NCBI GenBank assembly: GCA_028572065.1
Contig: JAPVWK010000001.1
Location: forward strand, 1 to 45,008
Length of the DNA stretch: 45,008 bases
Reading direction: 5' to 3'
Source: Candidatus Methanophagales archaeon
GTDB lineage: Archaea > Halobacteriota > Syntropharchaeia > Alkanophagales > Methanospirareceae
Shown here: one piece after another, positions 1 to 6,854 of the stretch
Numbering within the stretch: the first letter of the stretch is position 1
How the letters are laid out: each line of letters begins with the position of its first letter
Translations under genes and position numbers: made by a program
The notes under the pieces: generated by a model
Seen by the model: the letters and a program-made list of their open reading frames with translations, nothing else
Database searches by the model: none
What the model was told of the DNA's origin: nothing

Positions 1-144
1 ATCCTATCGAAGAGATTTGGTTATGAACTCTTGTAGATTTTTATAACTACGGACGCTCAACATTCAACATGCCCCTCATATAATCTGCTTCGGCGGATAG
101 TAGGGTTATTGAGTTACCCATACAAAACAGCGAAGAGCCAATAT

Positions 145-164
145 AAATCCGTGTAATCGTGTGG
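145..164 (+). repeat. Partial copy of the dispersed AATCYGYGTR-unit repeat family
   Basis: aaatccgtgtaatcgtgtgg resembles the tandem 10-nt units of the copies at 30274, 32945 and 39237. Only two units are present and there is no conserved 3' core. Confidence 0.3.
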
Positions 165-182
165 TTTGTCAAACAATCACAT

Positions 183-695
183 TTATACGTGTTTTACCGG
201 AATACATATCTCCACGATATGGAGCCCTTGTGGATGTTCCTTCGGATCATTCAGATAGAGCTCATAACAAGCGCTATCTGTGGGTTGGTAGCCACTTTCC
301 GGTAGCCACTCGCCAAACACTTTATTCCAAGCGTTCTCGTATTCTTCACTGCCTGCTAATTCAAATCGCGCTACTGCGTATTTACCGCCCGGAAGAGTCA
401 TCTTGCCAACTTCGCCTTCCACTTGCGTTTCTTTGGGTACGGTAATGCAGACGTCCACGCACATCTTCTTCTCATCAGTAATTTCCGGGTTGTCATAATA
501 CACAGACAACATCTTGGTCTCTGGGAACTGCAATAGTCCCTTTGGACCCGCCCAGCCCATAAGCTGCTCAAAGAGCCGTCCAAAAAGCGCGCTGTCACCT
601 TTGTACGGTCCAATGTGGCGAACATAAGCCACATGAAGTTCCGGCATATCTTTTACTTCTGCTTCCATATCTATTTCATCTCCTACTTTTTTCAT
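183..695 (-). CDS. GyrI-like / AraC-effector-binding-fold small-molecule-binding protein
   Basis: 170-aa ORF with the pattern VAYVRHIGPY...YYDNPE...CVDVCITV...YELYLNDP, typical of the GyrI-like (SbmC/Rob C-terminal) fold. The overlapping ORFs 161..445, 398..634 and 615..806 are treated as spurious. Confidence 0.65.
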   Translation of the reverse strand: MKKVGDEIDMEAEVKDMPELHVAYVRHIGPYKGDSALFGRLFEQLMGWAGPKGLLQFPETKMLSVYYDNPEITDEKKMCVDVCITVPKETQVEGEVGKMTLPGGKYAVARFELAGSEEYENAWNKVFGEWLPESGYQPTDSACYELYLNDPKEHPQGLHIVEICIPVKHV

Positions 696-842
696 TGTAT
701 ATTGATATGGTATAGCTTCTACATATTTAATTTATTATGGGCCTTTTTAAGTCCACTAGAGAGCTATAAATCGCTACAGAAATCACAACAAACGCCATCT
801 TACTAAGCAGAAAGAGATTATAAAAGCGATAAAAATGGGTAA

Positions 843-1055
843 AATAAAAAAGGGGTCTGGCTTATCTTCGATGCTGGTTTAAAATCGAGCGAACTCATGA
901 AAGAAGCAAGGAAAGCGGGTGTAAAAGTGGTAACTCGATTAAACTCAAATTTCGTTGTCGCCCGATTCGGCGCCAAATTCAGAAAAGAAGACATAATGGA
1001 TGATATTAAACCAATTCAACGGGGGATAGCTGGTAAAAGTTATATTAATTTATAA
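843..1055 (+). pseudogene. DDE transposase fragment (IS4/ISH-like first-D region), with no start codon and no remainder of the gene
   Basis: The open frame between stops reads VWLIFDAGLKSSELMKEARKAGVKVVTRLNSNFVVARFG. This matches the hhhhDaGf.s.el...a...gv.vv.Rl..n pattern around the first catalytic Asp of IS4-type transposases. Only about 70 codons are present, bounded by TAA at 840 and TAA at 1056. Confidence 0.45.
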
Positions 1056-1293
1056 CCTATTGCAATATCTAAGGTTGTATTTTGATGGAATGAGCTTTAA
1101 AGATGTTTTAGAACAGTTATCCTTCTACCTCCTGTGGAAAAGTCCGCCAAAATCTGTATACTCTCTTGCTGAACCGTTAAATCGAGTGCTTGAAAATATT
1201 GGATCTGGCAGGCTAAATAAAATAAACGTTGGGTTATTGGGGCCTATGAATGTGTCAGAGAGTGTAAGAGCTTAATAGGGTGGAAATGGGTAA

Positions 1294-1697
1294 TGTGTAG
1301 ATCAGATTATTAAAAAATACTGGCATACCGATGGCTCTCGGAACGGGGTATTCTCCACGGAAAGGAACAGGCTGAAACTCTTTTCAGACACGAAGATAGT
1401 CAGACATATCCGCCTAAAACTGGCTAAAAATCCATATCTCGATTCCGAGTACTTCAAGCAGCGGAAACTCAGACAGAAGACTCTAAAACTGACTGGCCGG
1501 TGCAAGATGAGAGGGGATAAGCTAAAGGATAGATTATGCGCACGAATACTGAACTCGAAAGACTAAATGCCACACATGGAACCAAACTGCTGCCCGATAC
1601 AGAAAGGGTTATAAAATGCTTGAGCGGTATGAAGGGAAACTTTCACGTACCGTTCTGAGATGAGAATGGGCGAGCAATCGCCCTATTCTTAATCTGC
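1294..1697 (+). mobile_element. 5'-truncated group II intron: C-terminal remnant of the intron-encoded protein (1294-1566) plus ribozyme domains V and VI
   Basis: The open frame 1294-1566 has no start codon and reads KKYWHTDGSRNGVF...IVRHIRLKLAKNPYLDSEYFKQRK, which resembles the C-terminal tail of group II intron RT/maturases. Domain V lies 55 nt downstream at 1622-1655. A domain VI-like hairpin (gagaatgggcga-GCAA-tcgccc[t]attct) lies at 1662-1689. No intact RT ORF and no 5' GUGYG end is visible upstream. Confidence 0.75.
1622..1655 (+). ncRNA. Group II intron ribozyme domain V
   Basis: GAGCGGTATGAAGGGAAACTTTCACGTACCGTTC is 34 nt and folds by hand into the canonical domain V. The AGC triad pairs with GTT through a G-U wobble. 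There is a 9-bp lower helix, a 2-nt AC bulge on the 3' strand, a 5-bp upper helix and a GAAA (GNRA) tetraloop. Confidence 0.85.
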
Positions 1698-1875
1698 CGA
1701 TTAATAATTTTTATTCTTTCTATTTTTTCTTGTGCTTAGCCCGGCAATTACGATAACAAACAGTTCTATGCAAAAAAAACATATGCTTTTATATAGATGG
1801 TCGGCTATGTTGAATGTGGTGCAGAAATGACCGAAAACAGTATAGAAGGTTAAATAGCAAAAAGAACGTTAGGAG

Positions 1876-2352
1876 GTGATAAATATGGAAAAACGAAAAA
1901 CTATTATTCTTGCGGCTATTGTAGTAGCAATCTTTGTGACGTCCTTGTCTATGGGCTGCGTGGATGAACAGAAGAAGGAAGAAACAAAAGAGGAACTCGG
2001 TGAGGCTAAAGAAAAAATCGGTGCGGCTGTTGAGAACGTAACAGAGACTAAGGAAGCTCAGAAACTAAAAGAAGAACTCGAAGAAGCTAAAGAAGAAATT
2101 GGAAAAGAAGTCGAAGAGGCTAAAAAGGAAGTCGGAAAGGCTGTTGAGGCTGTAAAAGAGACTGAAGAGAGTAAGGAATTAGCAGAGGTACTCAATGAGA
2201 CCAAAGAAGGAATAAAAGAGACTGTCAATGAAACTAAAGAAGGAATAAAAGAGACTGTCAATGAAACTAAAGAAGGACTAAAAGAGAAAGTCAATGCGAC
2301 CAAAGAAGCAATTAACACTACTGGCAATGAAACTACGGAAACAACACAATAA
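1876..2352 (+). CDS. K/E-rich coiled-coil lipoprotein (lipobox LSMGC), paralog of 3223..3705
   Basis: AGGAGGTGA lies 5-13 nt upstream of the start. The N-terminus MEKRKTIILAAIVVAIFVTSLSMGC is a signal peptide plus lipobox Cys. The rest is low-complexity K/E/T with the NETKEGIKETV repeat. Confidence 0.7.
   Translation: MINMEKRKTIILAAIVVAIFVTSLSMGCVDEQKKEETKEELGEAKEKIGAAVENVTETKEAQKLKEELEEAKEEIGKEVEEAKKEVGKAVEAVKETEESKELAEVLNETKEGIKETVNETKEGIKETVNETKEGLKEKVNATKEAINTTGNETTETTQ
2194..2315 (+). repeat. 33-nt tandem repeat, about 3.5 units, inside the lipoprotein gene
   Basis: aatgaRacYaaagaaggaMtaaaagagaMWgtc repeats head to tail at 2194, 2227 and 2260, with a partial unit at 2293. It encodes NETKEGIKETV three times. 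Confidence 0.9.
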
Positions 2353-2386
2353 GTCGAACTATAAAGGATATAAGGAAGTAAAAGTG

Positions 2387-2436
2387 GGAGAAACTTTTTC
2401 TCCTACTCTTACGTCCTGACGTTTAAGTTTTTTTTT
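2387..2436 (+). terminator. Hairpin plus T-run downstream of the lipoprotein gene
   Basis: Perfect 7-bp stem ggagaaa/tttctcc at 2387-2403, followed by a T9 run at 2428-2436. Oligo-T is the archaeal termination signal. Confidence 0.4.
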
Positions 2437-2535
2437 AAAAAAAATGATATTGCGTATCTTTCCCCCTTTATCCCCTTCTTCTACGTTGACTTTTAGATAC
2501 AGAAAACGGGGCAAACTACAAAAATACAGAATAAG

Positions 2536-2546
2536 TTTTTATACTC
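2536..2546 (+). promoter_or_regulatory. TATA box (TTTTTATACTC) of membrane-protein paralog 1
   Basis: The same 11-mer occurs at 3894-3904 and 5320-5330, each centred about 25-28 nt upstream of the paralog ATG. This implies a leaderless or very short-leader mRNA. Confidence 0.6.
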
Positions 2547-2568
2547 CTAAGCTTTAGCGATGTACATT

Positions 2569-3189
2569 ATGAAAGTAGGCATCGTTATTTCGTATATTCT
2601 GAAGGCACTTATGGTGGTATTGATACTTATAGCAGCCACGAGGGGGCAGTGGTCACTGGCCATTTCCGGTGTTCTTGCTTTACTTATTTGTATGCTACCC
2701 GCAATTGTAAATCGAAGGTACGATGTAGCCTTGCCTCTGGCTCTTGATTGTTTACTTACACTTGCGTTATTGATACATATAGGTGGCCAAGTTACCAGGG
2801 CATATTTTATACTGCCGCATTATGATACGATTGCGCATTTTACTTCTGGTGCTCTTATTGCCTTTATGGCATTTATCGTTATTTATGTCCTGGATAAGTA
2901 CTGGTATGGGCTCACGATGGACACATATGTGATGGCTTTTTTCGTTGTCATAACTGCGATGGCTATAGGCGTAGTCTGGGAATTCATGGAGTGGACAGCC
3001 GATCTATACCTCGGAGCTTGGTCACAAAGGGGTAATCAAGACACCATGGGCGACCTGCTTGTGGATACGTTAGCTGCAATAGTAGTAGCTGTTGTTGGTG
3101 TACTGTTAGTAAAAAGAGGCAAGATGGGCAAGATGACTGATGGCCTGGGTAAATTTGTTGATCCAAAGGCACGAAAGAAGAAACTGTGA
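2569..3189 (+). CDS. Polytopic membrane protein, paralog 1 of 4 (conserved YDT-AHF, WE..EW..D, DTM.DL..D..G motifs); possibly DUF2238/YjdF-like (unverified)
   Basis: The ORF track gives 2560..3189. I prefer the ATG at 2569 because the tacattatgaaa context is shared with paralog 2. The protein is about 206 aa with 5-6 hydrophobic segments and is collinear with the paralogs at 3926, 4649 and 5350. Confidence 0.75.
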   Translation: MKVGIVISYILKALMVVLILIAATRGQWSLAISGVLALLICMLPAIVNRRYDVALPLALDCLLTLALLIHIGGQVTRAYFILPHYDTIAHFTSGALIAFMAFIVIYVLDKYWYGLTMDTYVMAFFVVITAMAIGVVWEFMEWTADLYLGAWSQRGNQDTMGDLLVDTLAAIVVAVVGVLLVKRGKMGKMTDGLGKFVDPKARKKKL

Positions 3190-3222
3190 TTAAAGGCATA
3201 AAAAAATAGGGAGATAAATGTT

Positions 3223-3705
3223 ATGAAAAATAGAAAGACTTTTATTTACGCGGCTGTTGCAATAGCGATCTTAGTAGCGACTATGTCTATGGGGTGCGTA
3301 GAAAAAGAACCAAAATTGAGTTTCGACGAGACATTAGCGTATCTCGAAGCACAAAAAAACGAGCTGAATAAGGACTATGACGATTTAATAGCGCATCTCG
3401 AAACAGAAAAAAGCGAGATCAATAAGGAATATGACGGATTAATAGAGGAACTTGAGGAGACTAGAAAAGAGATCGAAGCCACAGGCGCGGATTTTGAGGA
3501 AGTAAGAAGTACTAAGCAAGCTAGTAACATAAGAAATGAATGGAACTTTGCAGCCGCGCAAATAGAGCGTAATTTGGAAGTTGCGATAGAAGAAATCGAA
3601 GCGGTAGCCACAGGGTGTAGAGGCGAAACCGAGAAGGTAGTCGAAGAGGCTAGAAAGCATATTGATAAGAATGTGGAGAAGCTAAAAGCGGATTATAGCA
3701 TCTGA
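3223..3705 (+). CDS. Coiled-coil lipoprotein (lipobox MSMGC), paralog of 1876..2352
   Basis: The N-terminus MKNRKTFIYAAVAIAILVATMSMGC aligns with the N-terminus of ORF 1876. There is an internal repeat YLEAQKNELNKDYDDLIAHLETEKSEINKEYDGLIEEL. Confidence 0.7.
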   Translation: MKNRKTFIYAAVAIAILVATMSMGCVEKEPKLSFDETLAYLEAQKNELNKDYDDLIAHLETEKSEINKEYDGLIEELEETRKEIEATGADFEEVRSTKQASNIRNEWNFAAAQIERNLEVAIEEIEAVATGCRGETEKVVEEARKHIDKNVEKLKADYSI

Positions 3706-3733
3706 GACAAATACGGGTCTCGTTTCTTTTTTT
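3704..3733 (+). terminator. Hairpin plus T-tract after lipoprotein 2
   Basis: gagac-aaatacgg-gtctc overlaps the stop codon and is followed by gtttcttttttt. Confidence 0.5.
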
Positions 3734-3743
3734 ATGTCTAATA

Positions 3744-3816
3744 GTATAACTTCTATCTATTTAGGACGCAGATTCACACTGATTTACACGAATTTGAGTT
3801 CTTCTGCGTTAATCTG
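3744..3816 (-). repeat. Dispersed repeat family, copy A (inverted orientation)
   Basis: The reverse complement reads cagattaacgcagaagaactcaaattcgtgtaaatcagtgtgaatctgcgtcctaaatagatagaagttatac. It is nearly collinear with copies C (32926-32996) and E (39215-39288). Confidence 0.85.
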
Positions 3817-3893
3817 CAATAAATAAGTTTAGTTGAATACTGTGCGTTCTTGTTACCGGTTGTCTGGCGAAGCACGTAAAAACCGGAATACCT

Positions 3894-3904
3894 TTTTATA
3901 CTCT
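3894..3904 (+). promoter_or_regulatory. TATA box (TTTTTATACTC) of membrane-protein paralog 2
   Basis: Identical 11-mer to 2536-2546. It lies about 27 nt upstream of the ATG at 3926. Confidence 0.6.
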
Positions 3905-3925
3905 AAACAAAATGTAGGTTACATT

Positions 3926-4561
3926 ATGAAATCTGGTATCGCATTATCATATACCTTAAAGGGGATTATGGGGCTGCTCTTTTTTATCGGCCTCTGGAAA
4001 CAGGATTGGGGTGCAGCTTTTGGATGTCTTGTAGGCTTAGTGATTGTGATGATACCAACTTTCGTCAAGCGTAGGTATGACATAGCCTTGCCCTGGGTGC
4101 TTGAACTTATGATTACACTTGCTCTGTTTATACATGTATCTGGTGGCGTTCTTGGCTTATATGATGCTTTCGTACGTTATGATACTATGGCACATTTTGT
4201 TTCTTCATGTCTTATCGCCTTACTGGCATTTACTTTTATTTATATCTTGCATATTTATTGGGACGGCCTGCACATGGATAAGTATGCCATGGCTTTTGTC
4301 GTTGTCATAACTACTATGGCTATGGGTGTAGTCTGGGAAGTGTATGAGTGGGTAGTAGATATGTTATTCGGAACGACATTACAATTGGGGCTTTGGGACA
4401 CAATGAAAGACTTAGTTATGGATACCGTAGGCGGAATATTTATAGCTATAATTGGTGTACAGTGGATAAAGACAGGGAAGATGGATGAGATGACAAATGA
4501 CCTGGGAAAAGCGGTTGACGAAAAGATAATTAATAGGGAGAAGAAGGAGAAGAAAAAGTAG
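3926..4561 (+). CDS. Polytopic membrane protein, paralog 2 of 4
   Basis: The track ORF starts at a TTG at 3833. The internal ATG at 3926 (MKSGIALSYTLKG) aligns with the N-termini of the other paralogs and lies downstream of the conserved TATA box. It carries the same YDTMAHF / WEVYEW / DTMKDLVMD motifs. Confidence 0.75.
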   Translation: MKSGIALSYTLKGIMGLLFFIGLWKQDWGAAFGCLVGLVIVMIPTFVKRRYDIALPWVLELMITLALFIHVSGGVLGLYDAFVRYDTMAHFVSSCLIALLAFTFIYILHIYWDGLHMDKYAMAFVVVITTMAMGVVWEVYEWVVDMLFGTTLQLGLWDTMKDLVMDTVGGIFIAIIGVQWIKTGKMDEMTNDLGKAVDEKIINREKKEKKK

Positions 4562-4648
4562 TAGTAGCCGTAAATGTATTGCCTATTTTTTTATTGCCTT
4601 TAGTTGATAGTTATACATATAAGGAGTTACAGACAAGTTAGTAGCATC

Positions 4649-5281
4649 ATGACGAAATCACTGTGTATCATAGTATCGCATATATTTAGACTTGCAATGG
4701 TTTTTTTGTTTGTAGTTGCAATTGCGATAGATAATTTATCCTGGACTCTCATATGCCTCTCGGGTATTATTGTAAGCGCGGCACCTATTTTCCTGAAACG
4801 TTATTTAAAGGTAGAAGTACCCGATGTTCTTGACCTCCTGATTACGCTTGCATTGTTTTTACATACCGGCGCCGTTGGTGTATTTGATAATATATACCAT
4901 ATCCTTCCGGAGTTTGACCTGGTCACTCATTTTGCGTCGTCTGTTGTTGTCGCGTTCATTGCATTAATCGCACTTTATCTATTAGATGAGTACTGGGATG
5001 GACTGCACATAAACATATATGCCATGGCGTTTGCTGTTGTCGTTATTACTATTGCTTGCGGTGTTGTCTGGGAGTTAGGGGAATGGGCGATAGGCAAGTT
5101 GTGGGGTATCTATTTCCAGGTGGATTTAGACGATACCATGATAGATTTACTTGTTGATACAATAGGCGCGACAGTTATGGCGGTGATCGGTATATATCTA
5201 ATAAAAAACGGTACACTAAAAGAGCTGACAAAGAGCCTTGGAAAATTAGCGGACACACATCTAAATAAGAATAAACAGTAA
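4649..5281 (+). CDS. Polytopic membrane protein, paralog 3 of 4 (most divergent)
   Basis: The start is set at the ATG at 4649 (MTKSLCIIVSHIF) by alignment with the paralogs; the track start is 4604. Motifs are FDLVTHF, WELGEW and DDTMIDLLVD. Confidence 0.7.
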   Translation: MTKSLCIIVSHIFRLAMVFLFVVAIAIDNLSWTLICLSGIIVSAAPIFLKRYLKVEVPDVLDLLITLALFLHTGAVGVFDNIYHILPEFDLVTHFASSVVVAFIALIALYLLDEYWDGLHINIYAMAFAVVVITIACGVVWELGEWAIGKLWGIYFQVDLDDTMIDLLVDTIGATVMAVIGIYLIKNGTLKELTKSLGKLADTHLNKNKQ

Positions 5282-5319
5282 TTATTGCAGCCGACATCCT
5301 AACGCTATACAACACTTTT

Positions 5320-5330
5320 TTTTTATACTC
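5320..5330 (+). promoter_or_regulatory. TATA box (TTTTTATACTC) of membrane-protein paralog 4
   Basis: Identical 11-mer, about 25 nt upstream of the ATG at 5350. Confidence 0.6.
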
Positions 5331-5349
5331 GTAAATTCAAGAAGTGCAT

Positions 5350-5976
5350 ATGAAACCAGGTACCGTTGTATCTTATATCCTAAAGGCGATTATCGTGACC
5401 TTCTTTATTAGTGCAATCTGGCGAAATAACTGGATAATAGCCTTTGGATGTTTTGCGGGTATAATGTTTACGATATTACTACCTATGGTTCTCAAGCTAA
5501 AATTTAACATAACCCTGCCCTGGATACTTGACCTTATGATTACAGTGGCATTTTTTATACATATTTGCGGCGATGTTCTCTACGCATATGATACGATCCC
5601 GCATTATGATAACATTACTCATTTTGTTTCTGCCTGTGTTGTCGCACTTGTGGTTCTTATCGCGGTTTATATCCTGAGTGAATACTGGGGCGGACTTCAG
5701 GCTGACAAGTATGGTACCGCTTTTGTCGTTATCATAACTACCGTGGCAATGGGTGTAATCTGGGAATTCCGTGAGTGGTCCGCCGATGCGCTTTTTGGGA
5801 TGCAGACGCAATTGAGTCTCGAAGACACTATGACCGACCTACTTGTTAATGCCTTAGGAGGCGTATTTATAGCTATCGTTGGCATAAGACTATTAAAAAA
5901 CGGTGCACTAAAAGAGATGACAAAAGATCTGGGAGAACGAGTGGACACACACATAATTAACAAGAGAAAGCCGTAG
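5350..5976 (+). CDS. Polytopic membrane protein, paralog 4 of 4
   Basis: MKPGTVVSYILKA aligns with paralogs 1 and 2. Motifs are YDNITHF, WEFREW and EDTMTDLLVN. Confidence 0.75.
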   Translation: MKPGTVVSYILKAIIVTFFISAIWRNNWIIAFGCFAGIMFTILLPMVLKLKFNITLPWILDLMITVAFFIHICGDVLYAYDTIPHYDNITHFVSACVVALVVLIAVYILSEYWGGLQADKYGTAFVVIITTVAMGVIWEFREWSADALFGMQTQLSLEDTMTDLLVNALGGVFIAIVGIRLLKNGALKEMTKDLGERVDTHIINKRKP

Positions 5977-6180
5977 CGATAAAAACAAGAATCCTTTATA
6001 TATAGCGCGAATATAGGAGTAATAGAATGAGGCGCGAAGCTATATGCTGAATACGGGATAAACTACCCGTAGTAGTTCCTGTTACTCGGATTAAGCCATG
6101 AATGAACTGATGATGATAAAGCAACAAGAGCAGGAAGTGGTGTACGAAGCCGCAATAATGTTTGTAGGAGGTGCGAATAG

Positions 6181-6426
6181 ATGTTAGCAGGACTGCTTAT
6201 TCTTTTTGCTATGATTGTACTAATCTACTTGTTGTACCGTGTGTTAAAGAGCGTTATATATCTGATCATAAACTCAGTCCTGGGGTTGATTATTCTTTTT
6301 GTTGCAAACCTCGTTCTTGGATTGGACATCGCGTACTCCTGGCTTGTCATTCTGATATGTGCGATTGGTGGCATAATCGGTGCTGTCATCGTGATTATTC
6401 TACAGTTGTTGACCGGTCTGTTTTGA
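6181..6426 (+). CDS. Small three-TM membrane protein, BofA-like (pro-sigmaK processing inhibitor family name; unverified)
   Basis: 81-aa very hydrophobic ORF preceded by GTAGGAGGTG. Size and the N..LG....N...G pattern recall the BofA family. The overlapping 145-aa ORF 6171..6608 is treated as spurious. Confidence 0.4.
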   Translation: MLAGLLILFAMIVLIYLLYRVLKSVIYLIINSVLGLIILFVANLVLGLDIAYSWLVILICAIGGIIGAVIVIILQLLTGLF

Positions 6427-6564
6427 TAGCGTCAAGCGTTCACTCTTGCGGAATTCATAAGGACATACAACCAAATTCAAGTTCTGCTATTTCGCTGTTG
6501 TCCCACGCCTTTTCGGTCTGCAATGTCAACAACGTATATCACATCCGTACTGCATCACCTGGAA

Positions 6565-6756
6565 CTACTTGCATTCTTCCAGTATTATCGTATGCTTCAT
6601 CAGATTAATCTCTTTTAGCCGACCCTTTGCATGCATTGTCTCACCTAATATCCCCCTGAATGTTATCGTCTCGCCATCAATTTCTACGTAAACCACATCC
6701 TCCATCAGTAATTCTCTACCCCCTTCTTTTTCTATTAGCACACTTGATTCGCACAT
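6565..6756 (-). CDS. CooT-family small protein (putative nickel-binding)
   Basis: Starting at the internal Met gives MCESSVLIEKEGGRELLMEDVVYVEIDGETITFRGILGETMHAKGRLKEINLMKHTIILEE, 63 aa. The N-terminal Met-Cys, the LMEDV motif and the length fit CooT as I recall it. Confidence 0.5.
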   Translation of the reverse strand: MCESSVLIEKEGGRELLMEDVVYVEIDGETITFRGILGETMHAKGRLKEINLMKHTIILEECK

Positions 6757-6854
6757 AAATTTAGCTACCTCCTTTCTCGTAAAACATTCTTTTACGTCCT
6801 TCACTCCTCACAAAACAAGTCCGTCTAACCATTTTATACCGACTCCTTAGTTCT

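Noticed and set aside
2428-2444. The T9A8 palindrome, considered as a possible origin or nick site
   Set aside because: It is most simply an oligo-T terminator for the upstream gene followed by an A-tract. No surrounding ORB-like repeats or replication genes are present.
4559-4567. Triple TAG-TAG-TAG at the end of membrane-protein paralog 2, considered as a hint about amber suppression
   Set aside because: It is a single occurrence, and it follows a lysine-rich AAG/AAA tract where TAG can arise trivially. TAG is a common terminator in this window, so no inference about recoding is justified.
6171-6608. A 145-aa Cys/Ser-rich ORF overlapping the BofA-like gene in another frame
   Set aside because: The 81-aa frame gives a clean three-TM protein with a Shine-Dalgarno sequence. 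The 145-aa frame has odd composition and no motifs.
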